A DNA stretch of 63,988 nucleotides, filler included, from Thelocarpon superellum (Eukaryota), in the NCBI GenBank assembly GCA_026025795.1. It is 3 parts of 3 records of this genome, joined end to end, with 100 filler letters (N's around TTAATTAATTAA, not from the genome) between each part and the next. Parts side by side here need not be neighbours in the genome. Positions count along the whole stretch, not along the records: positions 23,147 to 46,176 come from JAPEUG010000288.1; 2 more parts are not named here. The stretch is one strand, 5' to 3'. This document shows positions 34,531-46,134 of this stretch, piece by piece. Under the pieces are notes generated by a model. The model searched no databases. It worked only from the letters and a program-made list of their open reading frames with translations, and had not been told where the DNA came from. Position 1 is the first letter of the stretch. The number at the start of each line of letters is the position of its first letter. The position numbers and the translations under genes are program-made.

Positions 34531-36570
34531 TCACCGGCCCCTTGCCGTGTCGAGGAGATCAACGCCCGAATCGCGCTCGTCACGTTCATCTCCCTCGGGG
34601 AACTTATGAAGCGCGTCATAGTCTTGCTCATGACCGTCGTCGGGGGCGGGATGATCGTCGATGTGATCGTCGACGTCCTCAACCTCATCCCGCACCAGCA
34701 CGCGCCCGCCCAATTCTACCTCGCTGACGCGTACGTGGTATTCGAGCGCCTTCTTGCCCTCAGCAATCAGCTCCTCGGTCCAGCCCAGACAGCGCTTGAG
34801 GCTCTGATTCATCTTTTGGCTGTCGACCAGCAGCTGTTGATGCTGCTGCAGGTCGAGCTGCAGTCGTTTCTCGTCCTTGGCGCGGTGTCGGGCGTCACTT
34901 TCTGCCACTGCGCCGGGGCTCAGCGAGCTGTCGTCCATGGAATCGTCTTCAGATGAGGGCGAGAGGGAGTCGTCCGAGTCGTCTTCCGAGTCGTCCTCCG
35001 CCACGTCAGAGAGGGTCATGCCCTCGTCGTCCGTGTCGAATGACGAGACTCGCCCGCTGGATCGGCGAGAGGTCGAGGCGAGTGACAGCCGACCCGACCG
35101 ACTTAACCGGCGAAATCGTCGCAGCTCGGCCGTCTGCTTTCGCATCTCGCGCTCCAGTGTTCGGTTGATGGCTAGTAGCGACGAGTTGCTAATTTCCAGG
35201 TCGAGCACCTTTCTCTCTCGTCGCGCATTGACCGCGAGATCGTTCACAGGTGCAGGCTCAGCGACGGCCGGAGTCTCGACACTACTGCCAGAAAATAGGG
35301 GCGATTTCTCATCGGGTGAGGTGAGGCTCGGAGGGTTATGTTCATCCGGAGGCCCATCCGGAAATGCCTGGTGTTCCTCCGAGATGAACGCCGGCGATTG
35401 CAACAGCGGGTTCTGGTCGCCCTTTGAAGACGTCGAGCCCCATGAGTTCAGACTTGTTGACCTTCCGTGACTCGCTCGCTCCGGGGATCCCTCGTTGCCC
35501 GATCGTTGCGTGACCGTCGTCCGGTTGGATTGTGCGCGCAGCGATAGACCAGCGCTAGAAGCTGTCATCGTGGGAGATGGCGCGGGCCGGGTGAAACGTG
35601 GTGAGGTCTGTGGGACAACGGCCTTCCATGGTGGCGGGGTCGGGCTTGAGATGCCTATCGGGGAAGAGAAATGCCCTCGAGACTGCCAGGCAGGGTTACC
35701 CGGCATCACTCCAGTAGATCGCTGCGATAGGACCGGCGTCTGCTGGACACCAGCCAGAGGTGCCGCAGTTGGCGCGAGTGGATCATGGACGTGAAAGAAT
35801 TTGGGCTGCGCGCTGTGCTGGGGCGTAGCGGGCGCAGGGTTGGACGGGCTTGCCGCAGGAGGGGCATGCACGTCGCTCGCGTAAAAGAAACTCGATGACT
35901 TGGGCGGCGATGCAGGCTTGGAAGGAGGGGCTCGTGACAGCGACGAGGCCGTTCTGGCATTGCTGGCGAGGAAAAACATCGGCGACGCATCTTCACGCGC
36001 TCTCGGTCCTAGAGGACCGGGTGACTCAGGCCTCCCCAGTCCCGTGGGCGAAACTCCGTCTGGCACCAGCCCTCTTGGCCGGAAGACGCCATCATCGAGA
36101 CCTCCAATGCCCAGGCCACTATGGGCATCGGATGCGTGAGGGCCGGGCGCAATGACCGAGGCGGGTCTCGAACCCGTCGGGGTTCCATCAGGCGTGCCGA
36201 CCGGGGTGTTGCTGGAGCTATCGCCTCGCGCCTTGCGTGACGAGGATCGAGGAGTGATGTTGGAGCTGAGAAAAGCCTTGACCGGGGTGGGATGGTCGTC
36301 TTTCAGGGCGGCTTTGGGTGAGTAGGGGTCGGGATTGTGGGTGCGACGATGCAACGGCGGAGTCGTCGTGGAGGCGGTCGTCACCACGGCACTGTTGGTC
36401 GATGCAGCGATTCGAGGCGTGATGTGCGGACGGCCCGCTCGATTGGTGGCGCTCAGCGTCGGCATCAGCGGCCGCGCAGCGTGAGGGTTGTTGTGATGCT
36501 TATCGACCGGCATCTTGACGTAGTTCTGCGTCACGGAGAGCGAGTGGTGTATTTGCGGTCGGAGCAGCAT
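34531..36570 (-). CDS. Conserved fungal hypothetical protein (S/P-rich N-terminus, C-terminal coiled coils)
   Basis: 679-aa ORF with NARRERKVLDLEISNSSLLAINRTLEREMRKQ and SQKMNQSLKRCLGWTEELIAEGKKALEY. Confidence 0.75.
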   Translation of the reverse strand: MLLRPQIHHSLSVTQNYVKMPVDKHHNNPHAARPLMPTLSATNRAGRPHITPRIAASTNSAVVTTASTTTPPLHRRTHNPDPYSPKAALKDDHPTPVKAFLSSNITPRSSSRKARGDSSSNTPVGTPDGTPTGSRPASVIAPGPHASDAHSGLGIGGLDDGVFRPRGLVPDGVSPTGLGRPESPGPLGPRAREDASPMFFLASNARTASSLSRAPPSKPASPPKSSSFFYASDVHAPPAASPSNPAPATPQHSAQPKFFHVHDPLAPTAAPLAGVQQTPVLSQRSTGVMPGNPAWQSRGHFSSPIGISSPTPPPWKAVVPQTSPRFTRPAPSPTMTASSAGLSLRAQSNRTTVTQRSGNEGSPERASHGRSTSLNSWGSTSSKGDQNPLLQSPAFISEEHQAFPDGPPDEHNPPSLTSPDEKSPLFSGSSVETPAVAEPAPVNDLAVNARRERKVLDLEISNSSLLAINRTLEREMRKQTAELRRFRRLSRSGRLSLASTSRRSSGRVSSFDTDDEGMTLSDVAEDDSEDDSDDSLSPSSEDDSMDDSSLSPGAVAESDARHRAKDEKRLQLDLQQHQQLLVDSQKMNQSLKRCLGWTEELIAEGKKALEYHVRVSEVELGGRVLVRDEVEDVDDHIDDHPAPDDGHEQDYDALHKFPEGDERDERDSGVDLLDTARGR

Positions 36571-36883
36571 GGTCGAGACTTGGTCTTTCGACCCATGGGC
36601 GACAGTGCCAGTGTGGTCTTCTCTGTAAACAACATGATGGCGGTGATGGCGGTGTTATTGATATGGATCTAATGTTTGGTGTTTGGCCGTCGGGACCACC
36701 GGGCGGCGTGCGCTCTCGTGCACCTTAGGCCGCAATCGTCGCTAGAACTGACCTGGGAAAAGTCTCCTAACAGATGAGCGGGTCCGGTAACGTAACGTAC
36801 GAAGTACTCGTACGCGTGGATTCCCCACCAGACCGCAACCGACACACGTGCCTGCGGAATCGTCGCCTGCGGCTTGCGGACCA

Positions 36884-36918
36884 GGTGGAAGGTGCATGGT
36901 GCAAGGTGCAAGGTGCAT
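36884..36918. repeat. Degenerate (GGTGCAA)x5 heptamer repeat
   Basis: ggtggaa ggtgcat ggtgcaa ggtgcaa ggtgcat in the divergent promoter upstream of pol kappa. Confidence 0.8.
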
Positions 36919-37198
36919 CCAGTGCCTGTGACTTGATTACGCCTCTTCCTGCGGCCGGCAGATCCTATCAACCCGATTAGACATTCTATCGAGCCTAGTA
37001 TTGTACTCCGTAGGGAAAGTAGTGATCAACTTAGATCACTCCCCGTGCTCATGTCCATCTCCAGTATCAGTGGCTTTGGATGGTAGACATCTACCGCCAC
37101 TCGTGGCCGGGACCACGGACGCGTCGAGACTCGCGTCTGACGGCGGTCAGGCCTCGCGCCACAGAACACGCCGAACCAAAAACACCCACAACAGAGAA

Positions 37199-39279
37199 AT
37201 GTCCCCCACACCACCAACCGCGAGGGGCTCCCCGTCGCCGAAACCGCACCTGGCCACACTGGACGATAGAGCGACCGAAGCCCTTCCCGAAGCCCCGGTG
37301 GATCATGAGACGTTGAAGCATTACTTGCTCGGCCCATCCTTGACCAAGGCCGGGCAGGACTCGGTCGACCAGCAAAAGGTATGCCGGTGGGATCTTCATC
37401 CGCACCGAGGAGACTCATCCCATCACCAGGTTGCGGAAATCATCTACAAGGCGTCCGCAGGTTCCAAGTTCTGGAACAATGCATCGGCCAGAGATCAGAT
37501 GCTAACGGAGAAGATCGAGCGCATCTTGGCCCGAAAACGACAGCTGGCGCGACTGGACCTGAGTCATGACCTTCGGAAAGCAGATGAATACATCACCCAA
37601 CTCGAGTTACATCGAGACCTCAGCCAGACGGTGGTGCACATCGACTGCGATGCCTTCTACGCCGCCGTAGAAGAGCTGGACCGGCCCGAGCTGAAAGAGG
37701 TGCCCATGGCCGTCGGGAAAGGCGTGCTGACCACCTGCAATTATCATGCCCGGAAGTTTGGCTGTCGGAGTGGCATGGCCGGCTTCGTGGCCATGAAACT
37801 ATGTCCCCAGCTGATCTGTCTGCCGTTGAACTTTGATAAGTACATCGCCAAGGCCCAAGAAGTACGGGCCATCCTCGCCGATTACGACGCCCGCTTTGAG
37901 AGTGCCAGTATTGACGAAGCCTATCTCAACATCACACACGTAAGTGTTGCCCCCGGCTAGGCCTCCGGGCCACTGGGGCGCCGAGAGCCCTCCGTCAGAA
38001 ATCCGATGTTGATTCTCGCCCCTCGCCCCAGTATTGCGAAGAGAGAGGCCTGAGACCAGACGAAGCCATCACCCAGCTGCGGGACGAGGTGTCGGAGAAG
38101 ACCAAGATCACCATCTCCGCCGGCATTGCCCCCAACGCCAAGCTGGCCAAGATCGCCTCCAATCGAAACAAGCCCAATGGTCAGTACCAGGTAGGCAATG
38201 ATCGAGCGACGGTCATGGCCTTCATGCGTGATCTCCCCGTCCGCAAGGTCAACGGCGTCGGGCGCGTCTTTGAACGGGAGCTCGAAGCCATCGAAATCAA
38301 GACGTGTGGGGACATCTACGAACAGCGCGCCTACCTCGCGGGGCTCTTTGGCGAGAAAGCCTTCCAGTTTCTCATCAACTGCTATCTGGGCGTGGGCCGC
38401 ACGAGCATCCAACCGGCAGAAGAGTACGAGCGAAAGAGCGTCGGCACCGAAAGCACCTTTCGTGACAAGAGCAGCTCGACGGAACTGCGGGATCAGCTCC
38501 GCTGGACCGCCGGAGAGCTCGAGAAAGATCTGGAGCGAACGCGGGTCAAGGGTCGGACGCTGGTGTTGAAGATCAAGCTTCACACGTATGAAGTCTACAC
38601 CCGTCAAGTGCGTCCCCCCCGGGCATTGTATCGGGCGGATGAGCTCTATGACTACGCCCTGCCCATGCTCTCGAAGCTGGAGAAGGAAATGCCCGCGATG
38701 CGACTCCGCCTCATGGGGCTCCGGGTGACACATCTCGTCAGCCGGAAGCAGGATGGGCCCTTGGACCACTTCAGTGTCCTCCGCCCGACCTCGTCGGCTG
38801 ACTCGGACAGCAGCAAGCGGAAGGCCACCAGCCTCGAGGAAGACGGCTCAGAGTGGGAGGTCTGGCCCGACGAGGATTTTGAGCATGCAGCGGAAGCCGA
38901 GCGTCAATCCGAACAAGATGAGCTGGCGTCGCTTAGCCAAGAATTACTGGAAGAGGCCAACCAGCGGCGCAGGCACGGGAAGGAGATCCTCCCCAACCCC
39001 CACCCCGCCAATGAACCCGCGATCGCCCCAACGTTCTGGGATTGCCCCATTTGCCAACGACCCCAGGCGGCGAATGATCGAGACTTCAACACCCATATTG
39101 ACTTTTGCCTTTCGCGGCAGACCATCAAGGAAGCGGTCACAGACGTCCCGCCGGTACCCGGTAGGGGTGAAGATACTAAGAAGCAGTCGCCGCCGATATC
39201 AGGCCATTCGGGCACCAGCGTCCACATTCCTTCACGCCCAATGCCCGTCGATATGAAGCGACGACGATTTTTCCAGTGA
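37199..39279 (+). CDS. POLK: DNA polymerase kappa (Y-family, DinB), 2 introns
   Basis: LLGPSLTKAGQD, VHIDCDAFYAAVE, TTCNYHARKFG, ASIDEAYL, SAGIAPNAKLAKIAS, ERKSVGTESTF, C-terminal UBZ CPIC...HIDFCL. Confidence 0.95.
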
Positions 39280-39499
39280 TGTGAAGAGCGATTGGTTTCG
39301 GATTTTTCGGGCCTTTTCCATGGCGTGGAAAGGAGCGGTTGCGCATTTAGCGAGCATGAGCATATGCATCTGGGGAGCGTTTCACGCATTCATGACGAGC
39401 AGAGCGACCCCTTTGCATATCTCGATTACGAAGCTACCAAACCGCGCAAATGGGAAACGTCATTGATATATAGAAGCGATGACGTTGAAGGCAGCTACC

Positions 39500-40025
39500 C
39501 TATTCCTTGGTAGGATCCTCGTTGGCTAGGAGCCCAAAGTCAATACGATCTGCCAATCACGCGGTTCGTGACTTTGGGACAATGCGTACCTTCGAGAATG
39601 CCCTCCTTGATCAGCTCATCAGGCTTCGGCCGGTTGGCGATCTTCTCGTTGAGACTATCGGCACGCATGTGCTTCTCCAGGTCCTTCTGCTGACCCTGCA
39701 GTGCCGGCGCCGCAGTCGAATCGGGCAGGATGTTGCGCTCCACGAGCTCCTCTCGGTCCGGCCGCTTCTCCAGGCCTTTCTTGAGGCTGTCCGTCGCCTT
39801 TTGACGTTCGAGCTCGAGCGCGGCGGATTGAAGGGCGCTTCAGTACTCGTCAGTTTAGTCACAGAGTTACTCAAGCTCCACTCACGGCGCCGCATTGGTG
39901 TCTAAGAGGATGTGTCGGTCCTTCAGGTCCTGCGGGTCCGGCCGTTGCTGTAGATGCTTCTCGAGCGAGTCCCGACGTTGCACGGGAGAGATGGGGCTCT
40001 CGTCGACGTTTTGTTGGTCGGCCAT
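39500..40025 (-). CDS. RPEL-repeat protein, 2 introns
   Basis: Three RPEL units: LEKHLQQRPDPQDLKDRHIL, LKKGLEKRPDREELVERNIL, LNEKIANRPKPDELIKEGIL. Confidence 0.88.
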
Positions 40026-40634
40026 GTTCACGGGATGAGGCCTGGTTGGTCAGGGGAGAGGTCGGAGCTGCGGGCGAAGTTGGGCCTTGAATTGCGGGGT
40101 GACGTTCGCTTGCAGCTGTCGCACGACCACAATACGAGGGGAACGGTGCGAGGTTGCTAAGGCCAGTCAACACCATAGCGGGCGGCGCAAGGAGCTTGTT
40201 GGCCTACCGGAGGTCAAGACAACGCTGCTAGGAGGGAGGAAGATAGCACTCGGAGGTTTCAAAGGAACTGTGGTCCAAATCCTTGCCCACCTGTCCGCAT
40301 ACACATGTGGGCTCTTGTGGGAGGGATTCCTACTTGTATTCCTACTTGTAGATCCTGCTGTAACTACCGAGTACTCGTCCCGCCCTCGTTCTCGCAGCAA
40401 CCAGACCCTGAAAGCGGCGGCGCGGGCCAAAGAGCACGAGTACGAGTAACATATGTTAGTTAACTTACTATGACGTGGAGCCGGTCACGAGGTCAGGCGA
40501 GTTAGCGCGTCAGCTAGCGCTCCTCCTCACGTCTCCCCACGTCCCTTATGTTCCTCACGTTCCTCGGGTCGGACTGGTAAAAGCCTGCCGCCGGCCCTCG
40601 TGGAGGCCATGTGCATTGAGGCCGGGTCGTCAGA

Positions 40635-43081
40635 ATGTGGATCCTGGAATGCGAGGGGGATGTGCTACAGAGTGGGACCATCAAGCGAACCATGATCTCT
40701 TTGGCCAAGTGCTAACCATGTGCTAGACAAGCGGTTATGGCTTCGCCCCGGCAAGAAATATCTCTTCGGTCGGACCAAGACGATGCCCGGTACGCGACAA
40801 GCCATCCGTGCGTGCGAGGCTGGCGTTGCTGATCTTTTCAGGGGATTTTGCCATCGATAATAAATCCATCTCAAGGAAGCACCTGACCATCGAAGTGTCC
40901 CCAGTCGTGGCGGACGAGCGGCCGCCTCTACATGCCAAATCCCGGCTCACGGTAGAGGATCAAAAGTCCAAGGTCGGCACCCGTGTCAACGGCGAGCAGA
41001 TTCTTGGACGCTCCAAGCTCTTGGAGGGTCACCGGCATGAGATCCAACTCGGAAATTTTGGGCCTTTATTCCTGGTCAGATGGCAACCAGTCGTCTTTTC
41101 CTTTTCCTTTTCGTCCAAGGAACAAAAGCAGCTGGACCCGCTCGTCGCCTTTCGTGCCCGACTGGAGCCGCTGGGGATCCAGGCTATCTCTCCCTACGTC
41201 GTGGGCGCAACCACCCATGTGGTGGCGTCAAAGCGCAACACGGCCAAAGGACTGCAGGCCTTGATCCACGCCGGCTACATCGTGGATAGCTCTTTCGTCG
41301 ATGCCATCGTGGACGCCGCGACAGCGCAAGACCCTAATGACCCGGAAAGCCCATGCCGCCTCGAAGAAGACTACGACTCGGCGTGGCCCGATGCGCTTCA
41401 ACACCTTCCTGCGCAAAGTAAGGAGCCAAGCGAACGACCGGCCGCCTTTTTCGCTCCCGACAAGAAGCGCGCGAGAGTGTTTGACGGATATACATTTGTC
41501 TTTTGTGATCAAAGTCAGTTTGACAATCTTCAAGCACCCATCACCAATGGAGGGGGCAAAGCGTTACTATTCCAGGTCGACGAAGGCAAGACGTCACCAG
41601 AGGAGATTGTGCGGTTCGTCAAAGCGGCCGCGGGCGAGAAAGGGCTCGCAGAGTTTGAGGACGGGAGCGAGGGCAAAGGTGTCGTGGTGGTTCGCTTTCG
41701 CGGGAAGAAGAAATTTGAAGAGTGGAGCATCGAAGTGGGCAACGAGGTTGCCCGCAGTCTCGATCAACGCTTGATCGAACAGAGCGAGTTTCTGGACGCC
41801 ATCTTGGTGAACGATGCTCGTGGTCTCCGCAAGCCTTTACCAGAGGAAGACGACCAGCACGTAGTGCCAGCTCCTCGAACAGCCCAAGCGGGTCCGTCTT
41901 CCCTCCTAACGCCTACGGGCACGAGGCTGACAGATCTGATAGCCTCATTAGAAGCACAGCAGCCGCCGGTGGTTGGCATGCCAGATAATGGCGATGCGCC
42001 GGTCGAGAGCCAGGAGGAGCCTCTGGCGAAACGGATCAAATCACGGCGGATCGTGCAGAGCATGTTCAAGGGATTTGATGATGGCTTTGACCCCGCGTCC
42101 ATCCCGCGGTCAGGGCCGACCCGCAACCCAGCACCCGTCGACGCGGTCATGGAGGATGAAGCGGCCTCGACACCATCCCGCGGCACCAAAAGACATCCGT
42201 CCGTGTCGGATGACGAGGAGCCTAATGACGAGGAGCTCATGGACGAGATGTTTCCGGCCGCGGCCGCAATGAAGCGGCGCCGGATCGATCAAGCGAATGA
42301 TGGCTCCAGCCAGGCCGCCCCCAAGGTCTCGACGAACGGATCAGGCACTCTGCAGAAGGGCCAACTTCGGAGAGTACAGGAGGTGGACGTGCTCGGCGTG
42401 GCTCGAGAGCGTCGTGAAGCCGTGGACGAAGCCGCTTTGCGAGACGAAGAAGCATATCGGGCTTCTCTCGGCGAGGTGAACGTCGAGCAGATGCGGAACC
42501 TCGCCGTGATCGAGGAGATGCCGGTGAAGATTCGAAGCCGCACAGACCCAACGACGCCAAACGATATTCAGCGGTGGGACGATCGATGGAATGGGCGCAA
42601 GAACTTCAAGAAATTCCGACGTCAGGGAACCAGCGGCCAGCAACCCCACCGGGGTCGAACGGTGATGGTGGGATTGGAGGAGGTTCGGCGGAAAGAATTC
42701 GGCATCGGCGACGAGTACTGGCTGGAAAGAGACCGGCCGGCACGGGTGTGGGAGACGGCAAGGGTAGCGATGAGCGCCTCGCCATCACAAACCTTTGCCA
42801 CCGCCCAAAGTGAACTGGACATGGGGGAGACAGAGGACCCGGTGATGCCACTCGAGGTGGATGCGCCGCGACGGGGTCGAGTCAACGATCGCACTGGTCG
42901 ATCGGGCACGGAGAACAAGGATGCCGCGGCCCCTTCTCCACGCGGCAAAGGGAAGAGAAGCGCATCGGGGACCATCAGCCGAGCTGCGCCGGCAAAGAAA
43001 CAAAAGACCTTCTTGGCGCGGGATGAGGAGAGTGACGAAAGTGATGATGGGCTCAAATTTCGGTTCAAGAAGAAGAGGTGA
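40635..43081 (+). CDS. NBS1: Nibrin/Nbs1 (MRN complex), FHA-BRCT
   Basis: MWILEC...|KRLWLRPGKKYLFGRT...ISRKHL...SKVGTRVNG (FHA), Mre11-binding KNFKKFRR, acidic + FRF C-terminus (DDGLKFRFKKKR). Confidence 0.9.
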
Positions 43082-43404
43082 TGAGAGAACATCAAAGGCT
43101 ATATATGTTCCTAGCTATCTAGATCTAGATCTGGGCGGTGGAGAGATAGTCTGGCCATCTCCTGACCAGATGAGGCGAGTTGACGACTGTCCCGAGTCCG
43201 TCAACACCAAAGACTGTCACCGATCGCTTAGGGATTCTTCAGCTCCACCGCAATGTGATCTCACGTCGCCTCACGTCACGCGATCGCGCGCCACCTGGAA
43301 AGGTACTGGACCAGCGCCAGCAATAACATGACGTGGCGATCGACCGGGCCAGGCCTTGCATTTCTCGCAGTTTGCATCAGTCCTTGACACCGTAGCACCA
43401 AGCC

Positions 43405-44499
43405 ATGGTCTTACTGGGCCTCTCTCTCATCGTGGTCTCGCTCTCGTTCCTCATCTACCGCCATCCGCCACAGTCATGGCCCCCGTCTCTCGTGGCCTTT
43501 CGCAAGAAATGGTCGGATCGAAGTCTATCGGCAAAGGAGGGACCAGTTGTCGTTGTTGAAGACGAGTCGGATGAGGAGTCTGAGGGCAAGGATGGCAGGG
43601 GGAGAGATGGCCAGGACTACTCCATGCCGCCACCACCCGTACCATCACGGTCGCAAGAGGACATAAAGAAGCAGCTTCTCGACCGACAGGCCGGGCCACC
43701 GCCCTCATTACAAGCACAACCACGAAGCGAAAACCTCAGGCAGCTCCTCGACCGGCAGGCCATGCCGCCGCCTCCTCCGCCATCATTGGCTTCCTCAGCA
43801 CCTCCATCCACAGCACAAGGACCAGCCCACAGCGGCGAAACGACGCCCAAGGCACGACCGAGCGCATCAACCACACCCATGCCACCTCTCACTCTCCTCG
43901 ACGAGGACGAAGGTCCGGCGCCGTCTTTCCCGGCGCCCAACTCGGCCCAGCGCACCCGCGGCCCTCCTCGCCTGGCGCCCCTCCCTACACCGCGCCCCGT
44001 GTCCACCGCGCCCTTGCCCTCTCGCACTCCACAGTCCTCATCCAACAGTCTTCGCATCCCCGCCACCGCCAAGCCTGCCCCACTCCCCTCCGCCAATACC
44101 TCCTCCTCTTCCTCCTCCCCCAAGAAGAGCAGAAAAGTCCTGCTGGCACCAAACCACTCCCCGCTAGACTGGGCAGCACTACAAGCCACGCTGCCGGGTC
44201 CCACGACTCTACAGCGCATCCCGCCCTCGCAGCTGCGCAAGCACGCCTCGCGCGCCTCGGCGTGGACCGCGCTCGGCGGCACCGTGTACGACGTGACGCC
44301 GTACGTGCCCTTTCATCCCGGCGGCGAGCGCGAGCTACTGCGTGCGGCGGGTCGAGATGGGTCGAGGCTCTTCAACGAGGTTCATCCCTGGGTCAATTGG
44401 GAGGGTATGCTGGCTGCGTGCGTTGTCGGCCTCTTGGTCCCTGAGGACTTGGACGTTCAGGCTAAAAAGGACCAAGAGCGGTGGGATCAGATGGATTGA
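43405..44499 (+). CDS. Cytochrome b5-like heme/steroid-binding protein (Irc21-like) with N-terminal TM and Pro-rich linker
   Basis: KVLLAPNHSPLDWA, VYDVTPYVPFHPGG, FNEVHPWVNWEGML. Confidence 0.85.
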   Translation: MVLLGLSLIVVSLSFLIYRHPPQSWPPSLVAFRKKWSDRSLSAKEGPVVVVEDESDEESEGKDGRGRDGQDYSMPPPPVPSRSQEDIKKQLLDRQAGPPPSLQAQPRSENLRQLLDRQAMPPPPPPSLASSAPPSTAQGPAHSGETTPKARPSASTTPMPPLTLLDEDEGPAPSFPAPNSAQRTRGPPRLAPLPTPRPVSTAPLPSRTPQSSSNSLRIPATAKPAPLPSANTSSSSSSPKKSRKVLLAPNHSPLDWAALQATLPGPTTLQRIPPSQLRKHASRASAWTALGGTVYDVTPYVPFHPGGERELLRAAGRDGSRLFNEVHPWVNWEGMLAACVVGLLVPEDLDVQAKKDQERWDQMD

Positions 44500-44779
44500 T
44501 GGATGGGCGGTTGCTTTCTTGCTTTGGGTTTGGTGTCCTTGGTCTTGGGAAGGGTCCAGGGACCTGGCATACGGACGCGTATGGGTAGATCTCATGTCGA
44601 TGTGACTTTTTGGTGCAGCTAGCTATCATTGAACCTGTCTTACCCCTCCATTGGCTTCATCCACGAGGCTTATATCTTTCCACTTCACCATCTGTCATCC
44701 GTATTCCTCGCTGTGCGCTATCCATCACCCATCATCCGCCTGTCGGACCTTCTGCCGCCACGACCTTTCCGCCTGCCGC

Positions 44780-45408
44780 CTACAACTCATCGTTCTTCAC
44801 GCCCACGATCTCGACGAGTTCGGTCTCAAAGACTAGCGACGCAGGATCAGCATTGGCATTCACCGATGGACAGATGGACGGGCGGAGAGCGGGCAAAGGA
44901 GGAGAGGACAAGGACGGAACATACTCAACGTGCTCCCCGCCGGAATGGGGCCCATGGCACGATCACCATAGGCAAACTCCGGCGGGATGGTCAACTTGCG
45001 CTTCTCACCCACGCCCATGTCGAGCAAGTTGTCGTCCCAGCCCTTGATGACCTGTCCTTTGCCCACCGTGAAGGAGAGGGGCTGGCCGCGATTGTAGCTG
45101 GCGTCGAACTCGCTGCCGTCCGACGCCAGCGTGCCGCGATAGTGCACTTTGATCGTGTCGCCGCGCTGCGTCTTGCGCTTGGTGCCGGCAGGCGCGGCCT
45201 TGAGCTCTTCCACCTGAACTTGGCCCATGGCGGGTGTGGGATTGAGGCTGAGGAGGAGAGCGGCGCTGAGCGGGATGCTGAAGCTGAGACTGAAGGGGGG
45301 GACAAGGCGGGTGGATGGGTTGATGGTGCTGCTGGTCACGCCGACGGCGAAAAAGAAACTGCTCAGTGTTGTCAGGAGGAGGAAGGCGAGAGCTTGAATA
45401 CGCATCAT
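44780..45408 (-). CDS. FPR2: ER-type FKBP peptidyl-prolyl isomerase (Fpr2/FKBP13-like), 1 intron
   Basis: Signal peptide; VHYRGTL...FDASYNRGQPLSFTVGKGQVIKGWD...IPPEFAYGDR...IPAGSTL|(I)FETELVEIVGVKNDEL*. Confidence 0.9.
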
Positions 45409-46134
45409 ACGACGACGACTGCGTGGTGGATGGAGGAGATGAGATAGGCGTAAGTGGAGGGAGAGAGGATTGCGTGTATTTATATGCGCTTGCTTGTGGC
45501 TACCGCGTTGGCACGGTACGGAGTCACTTGTACCAGTCGAGAGGGGGAAAGGATGCGGAGGGATTCCTGACTTTGGGGTGGGGAGGGGTGTCTTGGTTCT
45601 GCTATTCTCCGGTGCTACCAAGTCCTACGGCCACTTCCGGGTACTCGTACGCCAATAATTTGTGAGGGAAAGGGCAGGAAAGGCGGGTGTGGGGAAAGCA
45701 CGGTAAGCCTCGGGGTACTCGACAAGTACCATACTCATCCTCCTATCGTACTCGTACTCGTCCGCTGCTCTGCGTCGTAGCGGGGCATGGGGAGCGGCTC
45801 GGGTCGCTGGGGTGACGGATGACGGATGACGGATGAAAGTCAATCCTCGGCTCTGTTCGCGTGCGGCCTCTCCCACTGTAAATGGCAGTGTGTGTGCATT
45901 CGACGGATCAGTGCACACGCCTCTGACGGTCAACTCCTGAGTCGACAGATGTACGAGTAGTCGGCCATCAAGCTCATGCTGACCGTGCACTCTCTCTTGC
46001 CGGACCGCCGATCCGCGTCGGCCTTCTTGACGCACATGCATTGTCGGTGGGGGAATACGAGGTACAAGTAGACGCAGAGAGCAACAACTTGAAACACTCG
46101 GATGCGAGCATGACGTATGGTTCTTCACGTCATT

